A DNA stretch of 64,000 nt. It comes from Candidatus Saccharimonadota bacterium. Lineage in GTDB: Bacteria > Patescibacteriota > Saccharimonadia > QS-5-54-17. The position numbers and the translations under genes are program-made. Positions 29,423-37,599 of the stretch are shown here, in pieces. The DNA lies in NCBI GenBank assembly GCA_050486185.1, contig JBJHCT010000001.1, positions 82,216-146,215 of the forward strand. Direction: 5' to 3'. Position 1 is the stretch's first letter; each line of letters begins with the position of its first letter. The notes below the pieces were generated by a model. It made no database searches and had not been told where the DNA came from. It worked only from the letters and a program-made list of their open reading frames with translations.

Positions 29423-30805
29423 TTAGCCTATACGGTAACGGATGATGACAATGCCGGAGCCGCCATTGCCGGCAACGGCTCCGCGACGACCACCACCCCC
29501 GCCTCCACCGGTGTTTGCCGCCCCATTGCCACCAACAGCCGCCCCTCCACCACCTTCTCCACCTAAGCCTTGCGACCCGCCGTACGAAGCGCCACCACCT
29601 CCACCTCCACGTGCGGTTGCTACTCCGGTAATAGAAGAGGTTAGACCTGCTCCTCCGTCACCACCCTTCGCACTTACGCCGTTCTGTCCCGCTACTCCTG
29701 CGCCACCACCTCCACCGGTAGAATAGTTGGATGATACTGCGTTACCACCGTTCGTACCCTGCCCAATAATGCCAACACCTCCGGTGGCCCCAGTGTTACC
29801 ACCACCACCGCCCGAGCCTCCTTGTGCGTTGCCCCGTTGGGAGCCGTCGCCTCCTTGTCCACCAACAGAAGTGATGGTCGAAAAGCTTGAGTCGCTCCCG
29901 TTGAATCCAGACTCTCCTCCGTTAATACCCCTTGATCCACCGGCACCGACGACGACCGTATGAACACCTTTGCTGATAAAAAATAATGGTTCGGCGACAG
30001 ATGAACCGCCAGACAGCTCACCCACGACAGCACACCGATAACCGCCTGCTCCACCACCTGCCGCAGAAGCGCCATCAGACGAGTCCGCTTCGCCACCCCC
30101 ACCCCCACCGATAACTAGATACTCAACCTCACCAGCGCCAGTAATAACCTCAAAAGATTGTGATGATCCAACTGTTGTGAAGTTATGTATACGGTAGATC
30201 TTGCCATCTATCTCTTCTTCGAAAACTTCATCTCCCCCTGTAGCAAAAAGAGACTGGATAAGTAGGCCGTTTTCGGTTAATACCCACTCATTCTGGGCCC
30301 TTTTTCTAAGTTGAGTTTCACCATACTTTCTAACAAAGTAGTATGGACCAGGAGCAAGAGGGCTTTTGGTACTAACGTTTTGGTTAGCGGTAACGGCTAG
30401 CTTGGCTTCATTATCTCTATATAGAGAGATTTTAGATCCTATCTCAAAGTTAGCCTCACTATCTTGGGGTACTTTAATGGTTACTACTTTGTTCTCATCT
30501 TCATCATCTAGGGTCAGGACTTTGCCAGCATCCTCTAGTGCTAGGGTGTATTCGTTGTTTATATCAGGAGTTAGAGCTTTTTCTTGGGCTATCTGGGTTT
30601 GATTAACACTTTCTTGGGTAGCTAATTCTGTAGGGTCAATTCCAGCTACATTAACACTACCATCAGCATTCATAGTGATTTGTGGGTTTACAGCATCAGG
30701 ATGTTTTAAAGACTTAGCATTTACACCACCTGAAGCATCCAACTTAATATTAGGCTCATTTGAGTCTGGATGCTGAATGTCATTGACTCTTAGCTTACTA
30801 CTCAA
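29423..30805 (-). CDS. Glycine-rich fibre/adhesin-like protein (N-terminal QHP..ADGSV repeats, central beta-rich region, about 200-aa poly-Gly C-terminal domain)
   Basis: N-terminal repeat shared with 18579..18872. C-terminal GGxGGxGG tracts resemble glycine-rich phage minor-tail or fibre domains. Last gene of a co-directional four-gene module. Confidence 0.55.
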   Translation of the reverse strand: MSSKLRVNDIQHPDSNEPNIKLDASGGVNAKSLKHPDAVNPQITMNADGSVNVAGIDPTELATQESVNQTQIAQEKALTPDINNEYTLALEDAGKVLTLDDEDENKVVTIKVPQDSEANFEIGSKISLYRDNEAKLAVTANQNVSTKSPLAPGPYYFVRKYGETQLRKRAQNEWVLTENGLLIQSLFATGGDEVFEEEIDGKIYRIHNFTTVGSSQSFEVITGAGEVEYLVIGGGGGGEADSSDGASAAGGGAGGYRCAVVGELSGGSSVAEPLFFISKGVHTVVVGAGGSRGINGGESGFNGSDSSFSTITSVGGQGGDGSQRGNAQGGSGGGGGNTGATGGVGIIGQGTNGGNAVSSNYSTGGGGGAGVAGQNGVSAKGGDGGAGLTSSITGVATARGGGGGGASYGGSQGLGGEGGGGAAVGGNGAANTGGGGGGGRRGAVAGNGGSGIVIIRYRIG

Positions 30806-30895
30806 TATCAGCTCTTTTCTTTATTTTCTACCCTATAATCTTAATATGCTTATGATACCAGCGGTATCATAAGGGGTCAAATAAAGTGCTGTTAT

Positions 30896-33544
30896 CTACT
30901 CTTCCCTTCTCAATTTAACCACCTTGCCATGCTCTATAGTGTTATTATTTGTCTTTTTGGTGGGTAAACCTCCCTTATCATTTACACCTTTGTGATTATT
31001 CCCCCTGTTATGCCTGTTATTGTTCTGGTGGGTATTGTGTCGATTATTCTTGCCATTACCTTGCCTATTGTTGTTTTGCTGATTGTGCTGTTGGTTTGTA
31101 TGCTGGTTACTAGTTACATCTGCCCAGGAGCGAATCTCTGCTTCTACCTCTGCTCTAGAGGAGCTAAAGCTTCTAGAGTTTTCGATAATCTGCGGTATAA
31201 AATCTCCCGGTACCTCAGGGGTTTTAAGTGAAGTAGCGGCAAATGAAGAAACCTTCTCACCATCTATACTCATACTAATTACAAAGTGGCGGTTGTTGAG
31301 TTTGACTAGATCCTCTCCCTCGAAGGTAGGTGCGAAGTATTTAGCTAAATACGGAGCATCATCAGCACTGACCCTGAAGGATATAATTGTGCCTACGTTA
31401 CCAAATACAGCATCTCTGACCTCTTGAGACATCTGAGAGATGTATTGGTTGGCTATAGTTAGGTTTAATCCATATTTCCTAGCTTCAGATAAGATAACAG
31501 CAAAGGAATCAGTAGCGAAGTTCTGGAACTCATCGACGTATAGGTTAAAGGGCCTCCTATTCTCAATACCAGGTATATTAGCTCTACTCATGGCGGCTAA
31601 CTGGATTTTAGTCACCATCAGCGAGCCTAATGTAGCAGCGTTATCCTCTCCTACCTGTCCGCGTGATAGATTAACTATGAGGATCTTACCCTCATCCATC
31701 ATCTCCCTGATGTTGAAAGCGCTTTTAGGCTGCCCTATGATGTTTCTCATCAATGGATTAGCTGTAAAGGCTCCTACCTTGTTTAGAATCGGTGCTACGG
31801 CCTCTGAGGCGAACTTATCGTTCCAAGAAGCAAACTCATTAACCCAGAAGTTTTTCACTACTGGATCCTCAATACTATCTATGACTTTTTGACGATATCC
31901 CTTCTCGGTTAACATCCTAGTAATCCCTAGTAGTGTGGCGTTAGGATAGTCTAATAAGGCTAGAATGGTATACCTGAGGATATATTCTAGTCTTGGACCC
32001 CAAGAGTAGCCAAACATGCGCTTCAAAGACCCTACCACTTCTGATGATATATGTCCCTTTAAGCTTGGATCGGTGACTTCAAGGGGGTTAAAAGCTATGG
32101 GGTACTCAGTATCAGCTGGATTAAAATAGACTACGTCCTTAACCCTATCTTCAGGGATGTAGCGCAAGATATCGTTGGCAAAGTCACCGTGTGGATCAAT
32201 TACGGCAAACCCCTGATCATAGTAGACGTCAGATAGGGCTAGAAGTAGCATCAGGTGGGATTTACCGGTACCGGTTTGTCCTACTATATAGGTGTGTCTA
32301 CCTCTATCGCTTCTTTTGAGTCCGAACTGTCGGTGTTGACCCCTGAAGTTAGTTACTCCTATAGTGCTGAGTTCTCCGGGTTCAACTAGTTGCGGTGTAG
32401 GTATATTCGATGGCGGCTCAGCAGTTTTACTCTGAGCCCATATCATACTCGGAGTCTCAACATTGGCATGTGGTAGGTGATAAAGGCTAGCTAGTTCCTC
32501 AATATTTAGAACAAAACCTTTGTCCAAAAAGACTCTGGAGCGATACCGGCGCAAAGCCTCCTCTTGATAGTAGTGCTTTTTAATTTTGAAACTGTTGGTA
32601 TTATCATTAAACTGTTTGAAAGCACCGACCAGGGCCTGAATTCTCAGTCTAGATAGGTTTTTGTCGTTGCCTACATGACAAAGTCTAATACTAACTTCAT
32701 AACCGAGCTTTGAAATTTTGTCATTAACTCCTTGGACCATGGCTTTTTGTTGATCGGATAACTCTGCTGGCCCACCTTTTTCTCCTGCTTCTGGTGGTTT
32801 CCAGATAGCGATGAATAAATCATGAATTAACTTCTGTAACCCTCCTAAGAAACCCTCAAAACTCTTGCCGCTACTGCCATTTCGCAGTTTATTAATAAAG
32901 GTCTCTCCCCGTTTATGCCAGCTATCTTCCAGGGGTCTAGCCATAATCTGAATCCAAGCTTGTTCATTTTCTTCCTCTAGTTTTGATAGTACCGCTGTAA
33001 TACCGCCCAAAGGATCGACCTCGAAGCTGTTAAAGGTGCGTATCGGTAGAACGTCGCTATTAGTTAACCCTAACTCCACAGAGTGAGCTTGAACTTCTTC
33101 ACCAAACTCTTTACGGGAATAATCCTCTTCAACCTCAACGATATTAACACTAGGATACTGGGCGTAAACCTGTCCCTCTACGAAGTTACGTAAGTGTTTA
33201 GGAGTCCAGATAAAGAATCTAATATGCTTATCAACAGAGACGATTTCAAAGCTGATATGTTCTTGCAAAGCCCCTTCTTTAAGCAGTTCTTGTCTAGGCC
33301 TTAGGATTCCGTGCAGACTGGCAAATAGCTGCTCGGCTGATAGCTCAGCCTTGTCGTTCTCTCTAGGTACTTCCAGTAGTAGTAGTGAGTACTGGCTATC
33401 ACTCACCCACTTCTGCTTGCGTATGTTTTGCCAAATCAGAAAAGCTAGGACTATAACGATAACTATCCAGCCTCCCCAGTCGAAGATTAATCGACCCAAG
33501 AACTGGATAATAGTAAACAATACTTCAAAAACAATATTCATCAC
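30896..33544 (-). CDS. Membrane-anchored P-loop NTPase of the HerA/FtsK/VirB4-TraG (AAA_10/DUF87-like) class with a C-terminal Q/N/H-rich low-complexity tail
   Basis: N-terminal transmembrane helix. Walker A YIVGQTGTGKSHLM, followed by AVIDPHGDF as in HerA/VirB4-type ATPases. Walker B NLYVDEFQNF, then TIANQ. About 70 aa of N/Q/H-rich tail. Confidence 0.55.
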   Translation of the reverse strand: MMNIVFEVLFTIIQFLGRLIFDWGGWIVIVIVLAFLIWQNIRKQKWVSDSQYSLLLLEVPRENDKAELSAEQLFASLHGILRPRQELLKEGALQEHISFEIVSVDKHIRFFIWTPKHLRNFVEGQVYAQYPSVNIVEVEEDYSRKEFGEEVQAHSVELGLTNSDVLPIRTFNSFEVDPLGGITAVLSKLEEENEQAWIQIMARPLEDSWHKRGETFINKLRNGSSGKSFEGFLGGLQKLIHDLFIAIWKPPEAGEKGGPAELSDQQKAMVQGVNDKISKLGYEVSIRLCHVGNDKNLSRLRIQALVGAFKQFNDNTNSFKIKKHYYQEEALRRYRSRVFLDKGFVLNIEELASLYHLPHANVETPSMIWAQSKTAEPPSNIPTPQLVEPGELSTIGVTNFRGQHRQFGLKRSDRGRHTYIVGQTGTGKSHLMLLLALSDVYYDQGFAVIDPHGDFANDILRYIPEDRVKDVVYFNPADTEYPIAFNPLEVTDPSLKGHISSEVVGSLKRMFGYSWGPRLEYILRYTILALLDYPNATLLGITRMLTEKGYRQKVIDSIEDPVVKNFWVNEFASWNDKFASEAVAPILNKVGAFTANPLMRNIIGQPKSAFNIREMMDEGKILIVNLSRGQVGEDNAATLGSLMVTKIQLAAMSRANIPGIENRRPFNLYVDEFQNFATDSFAVILSEARKYGLNLTIANQYISQMSQEVRDAVFGNVGTIISFRVSADDAPYLAKYFAPTFEGEDLVKLNNRHFVISMSIDGEKVSSFAATSLKTPEVPGDFIPQIIENSRSFSSSRAEVEAEIRSWADVTSNQHTNQQHNQQNNNRQGNGKNNRHNTHQNNNRHNRGNNHKGVNDKGGLPTKKTNNNTIEHGKVVKLRREE

Positions 33545-33603
33545 CAGTAATTATACCTATTAAAGAGCTAAATCTAAAATCGGTAATAATATACAACTAC
33601 CTC

Positions 33604-34074
33604 TCATCTTAGACGGGCCGGTTTTGAATTATCTGGCTTATTTGCAAATCTAGGCCAAAGCAGAGCCTGTTTATCCATATTCCAAAGTCGCGCTGTAACC
33701 ACAACTCCGTTAGCTCTTGTCTTATTAAGGCTCCTTAGGTCAACCACTAATTGCCTAGTTCCATCGAAACACACACTCCTAAATTTCTGAAATGACCACT
33801 CAGTATTAGGTCCCCGTGTCCGGGCTTCCTGTAGTTTAGTTATATCTTGATCCTGATCAAGTACAACTTCTCTATCTAGGTATACTAGCTTATTTCTGTG
33901 ATGAACCGTTAAGTTGTTGAGATACTTAACCACAGCATCAATATTTGTATCGACTTCTCCTCGTAAATGGCTACCAAAGCAATCAATAGAGGCAGCGATA
34001 TATAGATCATCTTGCTTTGGAGCTTCTGGGCTTAATATGGGTGGAGGGGGAGCCTCGAAAAGAGACCTTGGCAT
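33604..34074 (-). CDS. Hypothetical 156-aa protein (Pro-rich N-terminus)
   Basis: ORF only, lying between the regulator and ATPase genes of the module. Confidence 0.4.
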   Translation of the reverse strand: MPRSLFEAPPPPILSPEAPKQDDLYIAASIDCFGSHLRGEVDTNIDAVVKYLNNLTVHHRNKLVYLDREVVLDQDQDITKLQEARTRGPNTEWSFQKFRSVCFDGTRQLVVDLRSLNKTRANGVVVTARLWNMDKQALLWPRFANKPDNSKPARLR

Positions 34075-34084
34075 ATTTTTAGCT

Positions 34085-35146
34085 TTACCCCTCAGCTAAG
34101 GCATAAGTAGCTTTAGATACGCGCTTAAACTTATCCTTGCTCTGCAAGTTCAAAACTACAGTAGTTGGTTTGACCTGTCTTTGTTTTAAGACTCTTTTAA
34201 CAATTTCATCTCGGTGAAGGGGTGACTCATCTTTAAGGATAGCCTCAATTACGTCCGATACTGTGCCTTGAGAAAAGCCCCACTCATTAAGAGCATAAAT
34301 ACCTCTACCGACTAGTACGAAACGAGAGTCTTTAATTAGCTCGTTATGTATAGCTTGAGTAGTAACGTCTTTGCGGTGAAAATCTGAATTCTTGATATGC
34401 TCAGCAATCTCGTTAAAATGCATCGGCTCTTTTTCGCGACTTAAGACGATGTAGATCTTATCTCTAATGCTTTTGGGATTAACTTGCGGCCAAGAAACTA
34501 GACCCCACTTATCATCCAAAGTAGCGATATGCTTACTAGATCTAATCAGTCCATGTAAGTGGTGCTCTTCTAATTTACCGTTAATGTTCTGGTGTATATC
34601 ACTAAGTGATACGGGTTTGCCTAAAGTACGAATTGTTTTCACCACTTCGTCATGTAAGGTTTTAGTGGTTTTGTGATCTCCGTGGTGATCTTTTAAGGCG
34701 AGAGCATGGTGGAAGTCGTCATTTTCGTTAATGATCACAATCTCTGGTATGAGATGGGCCAAGAAATTGACGTGAGCATGTTCTTCTGTGCCGGAGTGAG
34801 TACTAACTTCATGCAGGGGTACAATGCGGCCTAAAGACTCTAGAGCGCCCAAGAAGTGCTCCTTCAATGATTCTTTGTGGTTATGTTCCATCTGCTGCAG
34901 TTTGGTCAGAGTCTGTTTTTCTATCTGACGTACACGTTCGCGAGTAATTCCAAGCAGCTTGCCGATTTCTTCCAATGTTTCTTTTCTATCTTGCAGTCCA
35001 AAGCGTCTAGTGATGATTTCTCTTTCTCGGTCTTTATCTATAGTATCTAGAAAATCATTAACTATTTGAGCAATGTCTAAGCTTGGCTTGGCAGTAGTTT
35101 CCATCCGGCACCTTTCACTTTTTAGCTTTCTTTGATTATAAAACAA
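34085..35146 (-). CDS. Sigma-70 region-4 HTH fused to two HARE-HTH (RNAP-delta N-terminal-like) domains; probable transcription factor
   Basis: [25 protein letters not shown] is a sigma70_r4 signature. Two winged-helix HARE-HTH-like units: [13 protein letters not shown]...[17 protein letters not shown] and an earlier degenerate copy. A more likely start is the ATG at 35104 (METTAK), which has a GGTG RBS. Confidence 0.5.
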   Translation of the reverse strand: MFYNQRKLKSERCRMETTAKPSLDIAQIVNDFLDTIDKDREREIITRRFGLQDRKETLEEIGKLLGITRERVRQIEKQTLTKLQQMEHNHKESLKEHFLGALESLGRIVPLHEVSTHSGTEEHAHVNFLAHLIPEIVIINENDDFHHALALKDHHGDHKTTKTLHDEVVKTIRTLGKPVSLSDIHQNINGKLEEHHLHGLIRSSKHIATLDDKWGLVSWPQVNPKSIRDKIYIVLSREKEPMHFNEIAEHIKNSDFHRKDVTTQAIHNELIKDSRFVLVGRGIYALNEWGFSQGTVSDVIEAILKDESPLHRDEIVKRVLKQRQVKPTTVVLNLQSKDKFKRVSKATYALAEG

Positions 35147-35193
35147 GGAGTATTCGGTGTCAATTGAAATTTATCAATAAATGTTATCTATAT

Positions 35194-37479
35194 CTATTTT
35201 TTCTTGCCACGTTTTTTCTTATCAGGCGCCTTAGCAATCATGTCTTTAGCCTTGTCTTCATCGATAGTTTCAGGATCGACATCTTTAGGTACACTGACGT
35301 TTTTCTTACCATTAGTAACGTAGGGTCCGAAGCGACCATTGAGGACTTTGATATCTCCAAAAACAGCGATTTGTTGGTTTTTTACTTTCTCAATCTTCTC
35401 AGCTATAGCTAACTTAGCTACATCTTCGGTCACGGTCAGCGGGCCGTGAGTATTAGGTATAGGAGCATAGGTAGAGCCGGCTTTAACGTAGGGTCCGAAA
35501 CGACCGAAATTGGCAGTGATCTCTTGACCATCATCGGTCTTACCTACCGTTCGCGGTAGTTCGAATAACTCCAAGGCTTCTTCTAGAGTGATATCTTCTA
35601 TGCGTTTATTCTTTGGTATGGGAGCGAATTTAGGTTTCTCACCATCTTTATCGGCATGACCTAGCTGCAACATCGGGCCATATCTACCCATGCGCGCAAT
35701 GATGGGTTTATTACTTTTAGGGTCTATACCTACTTCCCTAGCACCGCTAGCTTCTTCACGGGATACATCTTCAGCTTCTTCAACCAATTTATGAAATGGC
35801 TTGTACCAATCGGCTATCATGCGGTTCCACTTTTCTTTACCCTGAGCTATTAGGTCGAACTCTTCTTCAGCTTCTTTAGTGAAGTCGTAATCAACGATAT
35901 GGGTAAAGTGTTTGCTTAAAAAGTCGTTGACAAGTATAGCTATCTGGGTCGGCAGTAGCTTATTGCGATCTCGGCCATATTCGATTGTTTCGGTTTCTTC
36001 TTGCAAGCGATTATTTTCTAGTTTGATGATAGTGATTTCTTTTTCGACACCTTCAACATCACCGCGCTCAACATACCCCCTATCCTGGATGGTATGGATA
36101 GTCGGTGCGTAAGTTGAGGGTCTACCGATACCCATCTCCTCTAATTTACGGACCAAAGCAGCTTCATTATATCTAGCTGGACCTCGCTTAATCGATTCTC
36201 TAGCTTCTAGAGTAATTAATTCTAGTGAATCACCTAAAGTAACTTGCGGTAGTAATACGTCCTCCATCTTGCTGTCTTGGTAGACCTTTAAGAACCCAGG
36301 GAATTTAATAACCTCGCCTTTAGCTACTAACATCTCTTCATGGTTACTACTAGCAATATGTATTTCGGTCTTCTCTAAAGTGGCCGGTGTCATCTGTGAG
36401 GCTAGAGTCTTGTTCCTAATTAGGCTATATAGTTTTTGCTGCTGCTCATCATCTCCGGCCGATTCTAGCTGTAAGTTCGTTGGCCTAATAGCCTCATGGG
36501 CTTCTTGAGCTCCGGCCTTTGATTTAAAATCTCTAGCCTGGTAATACTCCTCGCCATACTGACTTTTAATAACTTCAGTAATCTGAGTTTTGGCACTACT
36601 AGCTAAATTTACAGAGTCTGTACGCATATAGGTAATGTGTCCTGACTCATACAGTCTTTGAGCTAGTGTCATAGTCTGTCTAACGCTATAGCCTAGTTTG
36701 CGGGCTGCAGCTTGCTGCAGTGTTGAAGTAGTAAATGGTGGGCCTGGGTTGCGGTGAGTTGGCTTAGTATCGATCTCATCAACTTTGAAACTAGCATCGA
36801 TAGCTTGTTCTAGGAATTTCTTGGCCTCCGCATGCTCATCTATATAGCCCGCGAGTTTGGCAGGTAGTTCTTCACCAGACGCAGTTTTGAACGTAGCTGT
36901 TACTTTAAAGCGGTGTTCTGGGGTATAGTCTTTAATCTCTTGTTCGCGCTCAACTATTAGGCGCATAGCTACTGACTGCACACGCCCGGCGCTTAAGCCC
37001 GGCTTGACCTTTTTCCACAAGACCGGTGATATTTCATATCCGACCAATCTATCCAGCACCCTTCTAGCTTGTTGGGCATCGACTAGATTCTTATCGATCT
37101 CTCTAGGAGTTTTTATGGCACCGGTAACAGCTTCTTTGGTAATCTCGTGAAAAGCGATACGTTTAACTTGCTTCTTATCTAAATCAAGTGCTGCATGTAA
37201 GTGCCAGGCAATCGCCTCTCCTTCGCGGTCTTCATCGGTAGCTAGCCAAACAGTTTCTGCTTCACTGACTAGTTTCTTGAGTTTAGTAACCTGCTTTTTC
37301 TTATCCTCATTAACTTCATAGTTAGGCTCGAAGTTATTATCGATATCTATCCCCATATTTTTACTAGGTAGATCCCTTACGTGTCCATAGCTAGATGCCA
37401 CATGGTAGTCGCTGCCCAAAAACTTTTCAATAGTTTTAGCTTTGGCTGGGGATTCAACTATGACTAGGTTTTTGCTCAA
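35194..37479 (-). CDS. topA: DNA topoisomerase I
   Basis: MSKNLVIVESPAKAKTIEKFLG TOPRIM N-terminus and C-terminal zinc-ribbon-like repeats. Confidence 0.95.
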   Translation of the reverse strand: MSKNLVIVESPAKAKTIEKFLGSDYHVASSYGHVRDLPSKNMGIDIDNNFEPNYEVNEDKKKQVTKLKKLVSEAETVWLATDEDREGEAIAWHLHAALDLDKKQVKRIAFHEITKEAVTGAIKTPREIDKNLVDAQQARRVLDRLVGYEISPVLWKKVKPGLSAGRVQSVAMRLIVEREQEIKDYTPEHRFKVTATFKTASGEELPAKLAGYIDEHAEAKKFLEQAIDASFKVDEIDTKPTHRNPGPPFTTSTLQQAAARKLGYSVRQTMTLAQRLYESGHITYMRTDSVNLASSAKTQITEVIKSQYGEEYYQARDFKSKAGAQEAHEAIRPTNLQLESAGDDEQQQKLYSLIRNKTLASQMTPATLEKTEIHIASSNHEEMLVAKGEVIKFPGFLKVYQDSKMEDVLLPQVTLGDSLELITLEARESIKRGPARYNEAALVRKLEEMGIGRPSTYAPTIHTIQDRGYVERGDVEGVEKEITIIKLENNRLQEETETIEYGRDRNKLLPTQIAILVNDFLSKHFTHIVDYDFTKEAEEEFDLIAQGKEKWNRMIADWYKPFHKLVEEAEDVSREEASGAREVGIDPKSNKPIIARMGRYGPMLQLGHADKDGEKPKFAPIPKNKRIEDITLEEALELFELPRTVGKTDDGQEITANFGRFGPYVKAGSTYAPIPNTHGPLTVTEDVAKLAIAEKIEKVKNQQIAVFGDIKVLNGRFGPYVTNGKKNVSVPKDVDPETIDEDKAKDMIAKAPDKKKRGKKK

Positions 37480-37599
37480 ATCTTTAATCCTTTAATTTTT
37501 ATGCTTAGCTTTATATAACTTATATTAATCCTGGCAAAATGCAAACATCCTTAATATGTACACGAGTTGAGTTTTGATGTAAAGGTTTGGTTTTTGATT

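Noticed and set aside
29384-29963. Plus-strand proline-rich ORFs (29384..29566, 29442..29726, 29727..29963) and the 138-aa minus ORF 29692..30108, all inside the glycine-rich gene
   Set aside because: They are artefacts of GGN-codon repeats: the antisense reads as CCN (Pro), and the other ORFs are frame-shifted shadows. The long minus-strand frame with an interpretable N-terminal domain is the real gene.
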